A DNA stretch of 64,000 bases, from NCBI GenBank assembly GCA_013265495.1, contig MU058252.1, positions 1,150,244-1,214,243 on the forward strand, in the 5' to 3' direction. The stretch comes from Vicugna vicugna (Eukaryota). Below, piece by piece: positions 25,827 through 38,840 of the stretch. The position numbers were made by a program, and so were the translations under genes. The notes below the pieces were generated by a model. The model made no database searches and was not told the origin of the DNA. It was given only the letters and a program-made list of their open reading frames with translations. Each line of letters begins with the position of its first letter. Position 1 is the first letter of the stretch.

Positions 25827-26072
25827 GAGGGGTGGGGGTGTTACTTTCATTGTCAATATGCTAAGATTTGTAGGAATACTGTCCCACTAAAGCTGGACAA
25901 GTCAGACATTTTATATGCCAATTACAGAAATGATAATCAGCATTAGGGAATGTAGATTGAACACCCACATGGATTATGGCAGGATTCATATAACATGTGG
26001 CAAATCAATTATACAAAAACAAAACATCTCTTTGCTTTTTGTAAAGAACAGTCAAAGCATTTCAGATTTTAC

Positions 26073-26138
26073 CTAGTTCTTTCACTTTTGTGACAATTTG
26101 TGCTACAAGTGAAGATTCACAGCAGTCTGAGGAAGGCA
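26073..26138 (-). CDS. KMT2C: KMT2C exon ~22 (66 nt)
   Basis: tttcag|TG...CTAG|gtaaaa; VPSSDCCESSLVAQIVTKVKEL. Confidence 0.94.
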
Positions 26139-26672
26139 CTGAAATGAAAAAAAAAAAACATGTAATTTTTTCAGAAAAGGTAAAGTGTATTTAAAGATTT
26201 ACATCTGATTAAAGTTTCTACTGCTGTACCCATTTTACTGAAATAAATGCTTGAACAATAAATAGAACTAACGGCGTCTTTAAAACAACAACCTAACAAT
26301 AAGGAGTCATGGTGGAGGAAATACACATGTCATGGAAGAAAAACTGGTAAAGATAAAGGACCAATGTACCGGTTTTCTACACACTGCTATTAACTACAAA
26401 ATTATGAGTGTTGGAAACAACAATTCCATCTTACAGCAAAAATAATTCTTAGTTTACTTCCTTTATGTAAGTAGGCTGTTTTAATACCTTAAGTTGGGAT
26501 GATAAGAGTTATAAATTAACAAGAGTAACTTATTTTTCGTAACATACTTGTCCAAATAATAGTTTCACAAAAAGAGAAAAAGAGCTAGCATGAGACCCAC
26601 TCACTAGTTAGGCCCAGGAAGCACAATCAGCTGTGTAAGTGCACACACGCATGGCCTGTATTAATATCTTAC

Positions 26673-26782
26673 CATTTGACGTAGGCATATAGGGTCTGCA
26701 CATGCTACAGTCAAAACCAATATCTGCCACACTTTCCACTTCCTCTTCAGTATTTAAGTTTTGACAAACTGCATGCATCCAT
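26673..26782 (-). CDS. KMT2C: KMT2C exon ~21 (110 nt, end of second PHD cluster)
   Basis: ttttag|A...AATG|gtaaga; WMHAVCQNLNTEEEVESVADIGFDCSMCRPYMPTSN. Confidence 0.96.
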
Positions 26783-27778
26783 CTAAAAAGATCATATTCA
26801 CACATTACAAAAATATATATATATACTGAAGATGGTTTCCTTTTAAAAACTACAAGGAGTGGACAGCGTCCGTAAAGCCCCTAGTCTCATGGCTCCTCCC
26901 ACCTAGACCACGCTGCAGCCTTCTCCTAACCATTCCTACTGACCCACAGAAACTGTGAGAGCTGCAAAGAAGAAAAAGGAATGAGAATAAGTACTATGAA
27001 GGAAACAAAAGTACATTATATGAGGAGGATGGGGTAACTGCTTTATGATCATATACTGAGTATTTCAGAGACAATGAGGAAGCTAGCTAGGGCGAGAAAG
27101 GAACTCAGAAGACTGCCAGTGGTGCAGCACCTGGGTGCTCCCACTGATGCGGGCACTGTGGGGGAGATACAGCAAATGTAAGTGATGGTGAATGTTCAAT
27201 GCAACACACAAGCTGTCGTCCCGCATTTGAACGAAGAATTTGTAGGCAGAGTCCCGAGAACCCAGTATTACTGATGAAATAATAATGACTGCTAATATTA
27301 ACATGTAAAGTGCTAACACAGCACAATATACTATTGATATCGAAGAAAACAGCTTTCCGATTTTGAAGCTGAATACCTACTACATAGGGAGGGCAGGAGC
27401 TGGCACCTAATATTAAGATACTTATATCTAGAGTTTTAAGAAAAAGTAGTTTAAGGAAAACAGAATTATGAGATTCTTTGTAGAATCTAAAAAAAGATTC
27501 AAAAACCTTCCATAGAAAATTGCATATATGCAGGCAGTAATTCTACGTCTAATTTCAAGGGATTCATAAACCCTCAAAAAGCCCCAAGTTAAAAATGTTT
27601 AGAAGGCAACTGAGAATACCAAACAGGAAACTCTTGTTAAGTTTTTAGCTGAGTAAAAAATCTGGAAAGGAAAAATCTTATTTCTTAAATTTAAGACAGA
27701 AGAAAGTTATTTTCCAATTTCCTTTTGCTATATTTAAGAGAGAAAAGCTTGCAAAAGATAAAAAAAACCACACAATAC

Positions 27779-27943
27779 CTATCACACTGTCTACACTGTA
27801 GAATCAGATCTTCTTCTCTGTAGTTTCGACAGCAGACCGGGCAGGAAGACAAGCTTGCGCAGGGAGCACACTGTGTGTAATTGTTTTGCCATTCACATCT
27901 GAGACCTGCAGACGTTGCTCCACAGTGTCTGCACCACACACAC
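27779..27943 (-). CDS. KMT2C: KMT2C exon ~20 (165 nt, PHD)
   Basis: ttccag|G...GATAG|gtattg; CVWCRHCGATSAGLRCEWQNNYTQCAPCASLSSCPVCCRNYREEDLILQCRQCDR. Confidence 0.96.
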
Positions 27944-28192
27944 CTGGAATCCAATACCCCAAGTTGCAATTTTATTTGCTTAGTTTTTAGTTACTGTAAT
28001 TCAAGAAGCTACACATGAACAGAGTAGGGGGAGAGCATTTAATGCATATTTGAAAAATTTTCTGATTAGTGACATCTATCATCGTAAACACATTACACAA
28101 TTAAACGGACGTGGCTAATTTAAAAAAATAACGTAATGTGGGGAAGTCCTGAATTTAAAAGACGAACAAGGGAAACATAAACCCTAGAGTAC

Positions 28193-28374
28193 CATTTGCA
28201 CTTCCAGCCTCCTTTGGGGACTGTCTGCAATGGAGGGTCTAGGCAGTAGGTGTGGTAACTTATGTCACAATCATCACACAGCAGGAGTCTTCCTGGGTCA
28301 GTTGCCTTCCCACAGGCCTCACACACAGTGCACTCAAGACACCTCCAACCTTTGCTCAAAACCACCTTAGTGAT
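28193..28374 (-). CDS. KMT2C: KMT2C exon ~19 (182 nt, PHD)
   Basis: ttacag|ATC...AAATG|gtactc; [61 protein letters not shown]. Confidence 0.97.
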
Positions 28375-30126
28375 CTGTAAAAGAAACAGCCGATTCGTAT
28401 GGTTCATATATTAACTTACACCTCATTTTGCATGATCAAATATGCTGTATAAATGAATGTGGTGCTTATTTATACACCTAGAAGCAGAAAAGAGGCAAGC
28501 AATTAGCATTCACTGAGCACCCACAGTGGCCCAGTACCAGGTGGGCACGTTTGTATACTTTCAGGAGTGTGCCTACTGGACAGAATAATCAAAATCATAC
28601 ATATCTTACAGCCTTTTTTAAGTTCGTATAACTACCTTGTGCTGTGGGTCTAATGTCCACTTTACAGATGTGGTAACTGGATTTTAAAGAAATCAAGTAA
28701 ATGGTCCTATTACTGTTAATGCAGTTAATTTCATCTATGACATTTCAAGAATTCATTATTCTGAAACTTGGGTACATTGCATAAGGGATTTGTATATTAA
28801 AATCAATATAAAAATGCAAGAAAAATTAAGGTACAATCTGAGTTCTCAAGGCCAGTTTATGGTCTTGGAGGATTTTAGGTTATGAAGCTAGGACTTCAAG
28901 TTCACATTTACTCCTCTGCCTCAAGGGCAGTAGAAAAGTTTGAGAATCTCTATACTTCTGATCAATTCCTCAAAGTAGCCATACCATGTAATATTAAAAA
29001 TCTCAAATCAACTTAAAGATCTCAAAAGACTACAGTCTATAGATAAAAAGGACCACAAAGTGCCTGTTATGATGAAACAGCAAGCCATCAACATCCATAC
29101 TAAACCCCAATCGTGAGGATTAAGAACATCTAAAAGCTGCCTGAGAAGTCAAGAAGAGTTAAATAAAGGAACAACTTTCAAAATAGCACCAAATTTTCCA
29201 ACTTTGGATGCTAAAATAGAGTAACAGTTCTCAATTTCACGGGAAAATACTTCAAGGTACAATTCTTAACCTAGCTAACAAGCAATTAAATGTGATGTGG
29301 AATGCCTCTCAGATACACAAGGATTCAAAATTCACCTCCCTAGTATTTTTTCTAATGAAGTTACAGATATGAGGAACAAAATGAGGATGTATATACCAAG
29401 AAAAAGACGTGGAATCCAGAAAGCAATGAACTCAACAGAGACCATCAGCCCAGAGATGTGTAAGGATGAGAACTGAGCAAGAGGTCTAGAAGCAGCTAAC
29501 ACAGTTCAGAACAGGGAAAAGGACAGTGTGGAAAGCGGGCAGGACTCTTTCCAGAAAAACAGGTTCTTGAAATAGTAATCTACAATAGGTAAAAACAAAC
29601 AACAAAAACTAATGGAAAATCATGGATCATTATTTTCTTCCTGCTATTAAAAACTCCATGAAAACCAAAATAAAGTCATAGTACATTACTTAGATCTCCA
29701 GTGACCATTTACAGAGTCATAACTGCCATGGTTCACTAACTAAAGGTAATAAAACAGCAATATCGGAGGATACTGGGACAAGGCAGGGGGCCTATTTTAG
29801 GAGCTAGATCAGCATTTATTAATTCATAGCAGAAAGTCAACAAAGTCTAACACAGATAAAGCAGTAGCCCCAGCATAGTCCTTAGAGCTGCAGAGTAACT
29901 GCAAGAAGGACCTGAAAGAACCCAAAGTGGCTGCCTTGAGGGATCAGGACTCAGACCTGGAGGCACAGTGAGACAGGGAGGCCAGTCATTACAAGGCTTT
30001 ACAGACATTTAATTTTTAAGTATGGACATTAATTACTTTGATTAGCCTACTGATTCACATGTAGATTAGTCTTAGATTATCAAGTTATATTATCTACCCA
30101 AATGGGGAGGAAAAGCAGTGTAGCTC

Positions 30127-30386
30127 AGAGGAGCAGTCAACACACTTTTTCAGTGAAGGGTAGGAAATAAACATTACAGAATTTGTGGGCCAGATAATCT
30201 CTTAAACTACACAACTGCGCCACTGTGGTGTGAAGCCCACCACAGACACATGTAAACAAAAGAGTGTGGCTGTGTTCCAATAAAACGTCACTTATCATAA
30301 ATAAAAATTAAAAATAAAATTAAAAAATAAAAAATAAAAGGCAGTGGACCAGATGTGGCCTGCATGCCATAGTTTACCAACCCCTG
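30127..30386 (+). mobile_element. MER58A (hAT-Charlie) DNA transposon
   Basis: gagtgtggctgtgttccaataaaac...ggaccagatgtggcctgcatgccatagtttaccaacccctg. Confidence 0.8.
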
Positions 30387-32769
30387 GCTTAGGAGAAACA
30401 TAAGATATAAAGTCGAATTTTTTAAATAATGTATCTTCATTCCTATTTTCCTATTTCAAAGCCTCTGGTCCTTTATAGGCAAACTCTCAAGTCCCTCAGT
30501 TTATACTGACTCACTGACATACTACAGTCTGGGCACTATGCTCATCACCACGGAAACTGCCCGATTCCATCAGTCAAGACCTCCTTACTCCCAAATCTAG
30601 ATGACACTCTAGTGTTGTGTTATCTGACCTCTCTTCAAGCACTTCAACATTTGAACAATTTCCCGTCCTCTGAAATTTCCTCTTAGTATAGGTATCAGGG
30701 TTATACTATCAACTCTTTTTTTCCTCCTATTAAACTGGTTTTGTCTTCATTTTCAAGAACTCTTTGAGTACGGTATTAATCCAGGGTTGCATCCATGGCA
30801 CCATGGTGAAGGTTTGAGAGACGTGTTTTTTTAGTGTGTAATGGATATCAGCTTCAACTGCAATGGAGTAACTGAGACGAGATCTGTCTTCCATAATAAA
30901 ATACTAGAAGACTGGGCAAAATGTATGCAACACCTGCCCTCAGAGACAGAACAAAGGGCAGTACAGAAATGTGTTTCTGAGGACAGAATACTGGAAGGAA
31001 TGGAACAGTAAGAAGTAAGAGCTCCAGAACTGTACACAGAATTCCCTGAAGTCTTTGGCTGAACACCACGCTGCACATCTAGGCGGTCAAACAAGGACCC
31101 AAAACCAAGGCAAAGAACAACTCCTGGGGATTTGTAGTAATTATCAACGTTCAGTCCACACAACACCAGAAGGCATCTGAATCTCAACCACTCAGGCTGA
31201 AAAGACACTGGTGAGCTGGGGACTGGAATGGCAGGGAGGGGAAGGGTTTAGAGAGAAGTCAGCAGCAATCTCATAAAGGACATGCTTCAAGTATTAAACT
31301 GGTGCTAGAAGTAGCTAAGAAAGTGTGGTCTAAACTATTTTCAAAATAATACTGGGATGTTATTTTTTTTTCCACTTTAATTCAGTGATGTTTTGTAGAG
31401 GCTACATGTATAAAACATCGTTACACTGACATCATATGAGGTATGTCTGCCTATTTTTGTGTTTTAAAATACTCTGTTTTAATTTATAAAACAGTAAATA
31501 TTCAGTAATTATCATCCTCATTAACAAAATGTCTATGGGGTCCTCAATAATTTTTAAGAACGTTAAGGGTTCTAACACCAAAATGTTTGAGAATAGCCAC
31601 CTCAGAGTGAAGGCTCTCTGGACCTACCTCAGAAAGCTTAAAAAGATCTTCAAAAGGTTCAAGACTTATCCACAAGTAACTGTCTGCCACAACAAAAACT
31701 CTGCTTTTTGAAGGAACAAAATCTTGACTCCCAACAATACAGTATCACAATGCACAATGCGTACATTCAATCAAACACACACACACACAAATCATTAGCT
31801 GTTTAAAAACAGGGGCAGGGGGCAGGAAAGCATATTCCAATGAGGAGAAAAATTAATTAACACCATGAGAAATACCAGAGATGATAAAATCAGCAGACAA
31901 TTATAAATTTTTCAGGGACTTGAAAGAAAAAAACATAATGAAGAAAAAAATTTTACACTACAAGATTAATGTAAACCATAAAATGGATAAAAACCATAAA
32001 AAATACAATTATCTGGGTGAAAAAACCACTGGACAGCATTAAAAATAGATTTGATACTGCATAGTAACTGAGTTTTAAGAATGTAATAGAAACTACAAAA
32101 ACTAAAGCACAGAGAGAAAAACAATTGGGACAAAAAAAATCAACCAAGTGTCAGCAATCTGAGGACAGTATCTCACAATTTCACACATAAAACAGACTCC
32201 AGAATGGTAGTAGGGAGGTGGCGGGGTGGGTATGGGGCTGGGGGGAGTAGGTTGGAGAACAGAAAAAAATTTCAAGAACTAAAGGCCAAAAGAGCTCCCA
32301 AACTGATTAAAAATGCAAACCCACTCACATTCAAGAAGCATAACAGAAAGTGTCCTTTTGTTTATGGATGGGGGCCTAGGAGAGCAAATGAGACCAGGGT
32401 GAACTAATGAGCTTTTTTTACTAAGTACTCTCAACTTTCATGATCCATGGACAGAATAAATCAACTAAACTTCATGCCTCAGCGAAAAATAGTACAAAGT
32501 ATCTATTAAATTAATGATACACATTTTTTGTTTTACTTTTTTAAGACAAGGCAGGATAGTTACCACAATTTAAGACCATAGCTTTACAGAAGTTCACTTC
32601 TTGAGGTAATACTTAAAAGGCAGTGAAGTACTTAAATACTGTCACATATGCAGAATAATCCTAACAATACTCAATTAACTAGACCTGGAAGCTACTCAGA
32701 TCAAATCTCAATACAGTTTTGTTAACTTCAAGCATATTTACCTTAATATTTAAATTTACGTCTATTTAC

Positions 32770-32874
32770 CTTAATACTGACACAGTATGGATGGTAACAC
32801 TGACCACACTGAGAACAGGCAAGTAATCTCCCCTCTGCTCCTTGGCCGAAACTGCCACAGACTACACACATATC
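32770..32874 (-). CDS. KMT2C: KMT2C exon ~18 (105 nt, PHD)
   Basis: tttcag|GAT...AAG|gtaaat; DMCVVCGSFGQGAEGRLLACSQCGQCYHPYCVSIK. Confidence 0.96.
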
Positions 32875-33080
32875 CTGAAATTTAGAACACATCAGCATGT
32901 TTTAAATTGGAGACCAAACTAAGTATACTATTACTGTACTAATTTTACAATTTTAAAAAAATGCCTTCTAAGTTAATACCGCTCTAGAGCTAAGTATTAG
33001 ATTACTTCAGTGCATGTGGGGTGAAGAGGAAATGGGCAAACAGGAGTTCAGAAGTGGAAGGCAAATAATGTAGTTCAAAC

Positions 33081-33182
33081 CTGATGCAGAGTGAACTTGT
33101 CACTACTGGAAAACAGCACAACTGTATTGTGCATCGAGTTTTCTTCTTCATCCTTATTTGATGAAATATCTGCAGCAGACAC
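33081..33182 (-). CDS. KMT2C: KMT2C exon ~17 (102 nt)
   Basis: ttgtag|GTG...CAG|gtttga; VSAADISSNKDEEENSMHNTVVLFSSSDKFTLHQ. Confidence 0.95.
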
Positions 33183-33549
33183 CTACAAGAAGAAAAATAC
33201 ACAAAACGCCAAGTTACATTTTTCACTCTGTTACATTTAACTGGAAAGCTTAAGAAGATTCATGTTTAAAAGACAGCTTTTTTGCAAGGGACTATACTAA
33301 CCATTCCAAATTAGACAATTATTGACAAGACACTCCCATAGAAGTATAAGCTATGGCATTTTTAAAGTCACTTATTGTCTCTTCAGAGTCACAAGCCCCA
33401 CAGATCAGGAAGCAATGAGAAAACAAAAATCTGTCTTTCCTAAGACTTGATTACCCACAAACTAATCAAGAAAATAAAATTTTATGTGCGCACACACACG
33501 CACATTCATGTATCACTCTATTTCACTGACTCTTAAAATCTGCAATATG

Positions 33550-34472
33550 GGTAGTCTGAGGGGTATAAAGTTAAAAGTATAAAACATACACCAGATTTTG
33601 AAGACTCAGTACCAAATAAGAAAGAATATAAATAAAGGTCAAAAATAATTTTGTGTATTTTTTTGGTTTTTTAATTTTAATATATTTTACCTAGTATCCA
33701 AAATATTATCATTTCAATATGTAATCAATAACATTGTTAGATATTTCACATTCTCTTTTTTCATTGTAAGTCACTGAAATATCGTACATATTTTAACTTA
33801 GAGCATATCTCAATTCATACACAAAATTTACATCAGAAATAATTTGATCTGTATTTAAATTTCATGAAGTTTACAGTTGAAAAACAGATTTACATACCCA
33901 AATTGTTCTAAACACACCTAGAAGTTTTCTAGCAACTTAATCACGTACAAAAACATTTTTTTCTTAAGATATTTATATCCACATTTATAAAACTGGCTCA
34001 TCTTTTTTAGAATAATTGATCTGACTCTGAATTAAAGACATATCTGCTTGAAAACTATATCCAACTTAAATTCACTAACTCTAATTCAGAAGAGCATTGA
34101 AAAATTGAAAAGCAACACTAAATCAAGTAACAAAATGGTCTTCAAAATTTTCTTGTAGTTTTTAGTCAATTTACATGCACTGCCAATTAGAACTAAAATC
34201 TTCTACATATTGACTTAAATTAGAAATCTGTAAAATCAACATTGATTTGTATGATAAAAACTTTCCATTTTAATATAAAGCTAACAGGTATGACAATTTA
34301 TAATTTTGTGTATTTTATAAGTCACATGTTGAAATGATACTATTTTGGACATACTGGGTCAAAAGACACACATTAAAATTAAATTTCACCTGTTCCTCTC
34401 TCCGTTTTTAATTTAGCTATAGGAAGTTTTAAATAACATATCTGGTTCACATATTTCTTCAGGGCAGTAATG
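33550..34472. mobile_element. MER33-like element (minus) interrupted by an oppositely oriented Charlie5-like fragment (33662-34299)
   Basis: Outer parts catacaccagattttgaagactcagtac and catgttgaaatgatactattttgg...aaatttcacctgtt; inner part tatccaaaatattatcatttcaatatgtaatcaata...ttgatctgtatttaaatttcatgaagtttacagttgaaaa; 17-nt direct repeats at the junctions. Confidence 0.7.
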
Positions 34473-35180
34473 TTTCAGAATATAATTATTTTGAATAACT
34501 TATCAAAATTTCAGTATTAGCCAAAGGATTATGAACCACAGCTGTTCAATTCTGGACTTGGTTAAAATGAGCAAATCAACTAACTATGCACTGGCTTGTT
34601 AATAATTATTTCCAGAGTACTTATGAAAAAAGCTCTGAACTGGATGCTAAAAAAGAGAACAGGGAGCCATTGCCAAAATAATAAAATATGATCCTCTTTG
34701 CTTTAAAAGCTTACAATTGTCCTGGAAGGACAGAGTTGAAACACAGTAGGTTACAGTCAAATAAAAAGTAATGGAATTATTGTTCTTGAAGAATAACTGA
34801 AAAAAGAGTTACTAAATGGAAAGAATATGTTACAGTAATAATATTTTTCCATGTAAATGAGTTTCAATGCAGTTTTAATGGACAGTACAACTGTTATGAT
34901 AGAGTTAACAATTAGAGCAGTTTACAGTCCAAAGGCCTAAAGACAACAAAGGAAGAGTGCAAGCAACCTAGACAGTCACCACTAGAGAATGATCAAAAAT
35001 ATGAAAGATCTGAAGTATGAGAAATTACACAGCACTTAAAAAAATAGCAGGGCAGAAATCTACATGGATTTCCATGAAGAAATCACCAAGCTAACATTGT
35101 TGAGTGGAAAAATAAGCTGTACTTTGTGATGTAGACACTATGGTATGAAAACATGCAATACGTAGTCTACTGGCACATGT

Positions 35181-35263
35181 AACAGGTTGAGTCATAAGAA
35201 ATTGCTGGTTTTGCAGGGCAAAAGTGGTTGAATGTTGGCACTTTCATATGGATCAACCTATTA
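35181..35263. mobile_element. MADE2-like mariner MITE (~80 nt hairpin)
   Basis: Terminal inverted repeats aggttgagtcataagaaattgc / gcactttcatatggatcaacct. Confidence 0.7.
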
Positions 35264-35559
35264 TGTAAATGCAACAAAACTGGTGAAAAAATCAAGACTT
35301 AGTAAGTAGTGGTACTAGAGAAAACTTTGATCTATCTATAATGTTTTAATTTTTTTAACTGAGGAAATGTATTCATATATTATATGTATATCCCCAAATT
35401 AGCTCTTACAAATCAAGGAAGATGACTTCATAAACTTAGAATGCATTCTATCAATAATAAATTAAGTGCTGCTAAGAATGGAGTAACTAGTAATTCAACC
35501 ACAGGACTGGTGATAGATTGAGAAGCCAAAATGGATCCACAAATGAGTCTATCAGTGAA

Positions 35560-37390
35560 TAATGTAACAAAGAAATTTCCAACACTACACAACTTTTCCA
35601 GAAAATTCAAGAGCAAAATATATTTCCCAATTCATTCTATGAAGCCAACATTAAGCTGATACCAAACCAAAGACATGATAAGAAAATAACACTAGAGACC
35701 AATATCCCTCATGAATGTCGATATTTAAAGTCTAAAACTTTAAACAAACTAAATCCAACATCATGACTAAGTGGAGTCTATTCCAAGAACTGCAAGATTG
35801 CTTTATCATACAAAAGAACCAACTGATGTAACTCATGTATCACCAAACAAACCACACGATCATCTCTATAGATGCAAAAAAAGCATCTGACAGAACCTAC
35901 TTTTGACATCTACTCCAAAAATATCTCAGCAAACTATGAATAGAAAGGAGGTTCTTCAAACTGATTTAGGATGTCCATTAAAACAAAGCAAAAATAAGGC
36001 TAACACCATACTTACTTAATGATGAGAAACTATATGCTTTCTCCTCAAGGTCAAAAACAAGGTTATCTGATCTCACCACTTCTATTCAACACTATGCTCC
36101 TTCTAGCAAATGAAATAAAGAAAAGAAATGAAAGATCTCCAGATTAAAAACAAAGACATAAAACTGTCTTTATCTGCAGACAACATGATTGTACATGTAG
36201 AAAATTCAATGGATTCCACAAATAAGCAACTAGAATAAGGGAGTTAAGATTGTAGGATACGAAAAAGAATAGCATTTCTAGAAATCAGCAGCCAGCCAAC
36301 CACAATTTGAACTTAAGATAACACTATTTACAATACCATTAAAAAATATGTAAGACAAATCTGAAAAATGGTGTCTGTTCAACCTGCCTGTTGAAGATTA
36401 AAGAACATCAGTGAAAAAAATTAAAGACTTAGAGAAATGAAGCAATACACAGAACTTCATCAAAACTAAAACATCTGCTCTTTGAAACAGTTAAGAAAGT
36501 TAAAGACAAACCAAAAAATGCAAGAAAAATATATGCAAATCATATGATAAAGACCTTATGTTTCAAATACATAAAGAAAAATCAAAACTCAGCAAGTTAA
36601 AAATGAAACAATTTTTAAAAACATGTTGATGATTTGAAGGTTTTATCAAAGAAGATACACAGACAGCAAATAAGCACATAAAAAGTTGATCAAACCATCA
36701 GTCATAAAAGAATTGCAAACAAGATACTCTCAACATACCTGTTAGAATGGCTAAAATTATGAAGACTGGCCATACTAAGCATGGGTGAGTATGTGGAGGA
36801 AATGGGAATTTCATATATTCTTGCAAATATAAAATGTCATATTCAACTTGAAAAATAACCTTTTCTTAAGAAGCTAAGCATATACCTACCAGTATCCAGC
36901 CATTCCAATCTTAGATATTTACCCATGAGAAAGAAAGCACATGTCCACAGCAGACTTGTATGTAAAAGTTTAGAGCAGCTTTATTTCTAGTAGCCAAAAA
37001 ACGGAAGCAAGCTCAGTGTCCCAACAGATAGACAAACTGTGGCACAGCCATACTATGAAATGCTCCAGCAACAAAAAGGAGTGACCTATTAACATGTAAG
37101 AGCATGAAATAATTACACTGAATGAAGTAAGTTAGACCAAAGAGTACATTCTGCATGACTCCACTTACATGACCTCTAGAAAATGCAAACTAATAGAAGT
37201 CAGGTGAGTCACTGCCTGAGGGTAAGGCCTGGCGCAGGGAGGAAGGCTGAGAGATTCCAGAGGGCACAAGGGAACTGAGGGGTGAATACCTTGACTGTGG
37301 TGTGGTTTTCAAGGGTGTACACATACGTCCAAAGCTGTGCAACTAACTACTTGTACCTTATTTTATATCAACTATACCTAAATAAGCATG
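35560..37390 (+). mobile_element. Old L1M: decayed ORF2 and 3' UTR, antisense to KMT2C
   Basis: cccaattcattctatgaagccaacatt...ctgataccaaacc, gatcatctctatagatgcaaaaaaagcatctgaca, tctcaccacttctattcaacac; 3' end tcaactatacctaaataagc. Confidence 0.85.
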
Positions 37391-38124
37391 TTAATTTGGG
37401 GGATGAAGAGGGATTTACTTTTTTTAAAAAAAGGACCAGAATTCAAGTTTCCTTATGCCTTTAGTAGTAAAACTGAACAATCCTCCCTGTCTCCTGAACT
37501 TAAAATGATAATTAAAATGATAACTAGAATCTGAAAAACAAGGTATTAGTAAAATAGTAGTTACTGCATGAAATACCTGCCATTGTTTGCCAAATGCAGT
37601 TTTTTCAATACACATTTAAATATAAAAGCCTCGTAAGGTGCCAGTGAGCAAATATTTATCAATCTTAAAATGTCAAAGATAATCATAAAATCTTCAACAT
37701 TTATAGAGTTCATACTAATCTGTAACGTTTTTAATTTCTTCTGTAAACCACAGTACAGCACTGAGAGCAACTACAATCAAAAACATAGAACGTCAACATA
37801 ATTTAATTCTTCAAATAAACTCAAGAATATAATGGGAGTTTTGTGGGGTTTTTTTTTTAATAAAGAGCAAATATATACTTGATTTTTGGGAAAGGCTGGC
37901 ATAGAAAGATTAAAGAGGAAGGTGAGAAAAGAGAAAAAGGGATGAGAAAGCAGAAACTATGAAAGAAAACCTCATCAGGGGTTTAAAAAGAAATGCAAAG
38001 TAGAGATAAAAATTTTAGCTTATTTATGTGACTCTTAGAATCTAACTACTTTGCTACAAACGAGATTGTCATCATCAGCTGATGGATAAAGGATTACAGC
38101 AAACTTAAAAGGAGTGAGCCTTAC

Positions 38125-38241
38125 CCCAGGTAACACAACTGCCCCAATTCCACTCTTCAATTTTGATCTGCCTCTGCCACCTCGTCCTGACAGTCCCGCA
38201 CCACGAGGTCGCCGCTTTCCTGGGAATCCTGACCCACGGCC
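38125..38241 (-). CDS. KMT2C: KMT2C exon ~16 (117 nt, RG-rich)
   Basis: gtatag|GGC...GGG|gtaagg; GRGSGFPGKRRPRGAGLSGRGGRGRSKLKSGIGAVVLPG. Confidence 0.95.
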
Positions 38242-38637
38242 CTATACAACACATATGGAAAAGTCAGCAGTCTGCAAAAGCCCAGAAGAATTTTAAATCC
38301 AAATGTTAAGTAAATCATTTTATTAAATGTTACACAAATACTTGCTTCCCTCTTTTATTCTGATCGGATGATAAAGAGAACAAGCTTATTATTTGCATTT
38401 TTTGATATGTATTCTATGACTAAAACATAAACATAAAATCAGACTTGGGTCTGTCATTGTGAATGCCCTGCATCAGTAAACCTTGGCATTATTTTTCCAT
38501 TTCCTAATCCTACATCCTAAGTGGCTAGAGCAGCCACAACCTCAGCCAGGTTTTCATTTTCACGTACAACAAATTGTACTGTATACAGAGCAGGTATAAG
38601 GAAGGACTCTCTTGTTAATGGGTTTCTCATAATTATA

Positions 38638-38840
38638 TTAATAGCTAACAAGTCCTGAGTACTTACTATGTGCTGCTCTAAGCCCTCGTTACTCTCAAAA
38701 AATCTCATCAAGTCAGGACTATTTTATTATCCCCGTTTTAGAGACAAGTATACTGACAAAAAGGTTAAGTAATTTGCCCAAAGTCCTGCAGCTGGCAAGT
38801 CTGGTCCCAGGGTCCATGTCCTTTACTACTATTCTGTACC
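38638..38840 (-). mobile_element. MIR
   Basis: gagtacttactatgtgc...attatccccgttttagaga...aggttaagtaatttgcccaaagtc. Confidence 0.8.

Noticed and set aside
30831..31208. 125-aa minus-strand ORF
   Set aside because: Lies in degraded repeat-like sequence, has no recognisable protein and does not fit the KMT2C exon chain.
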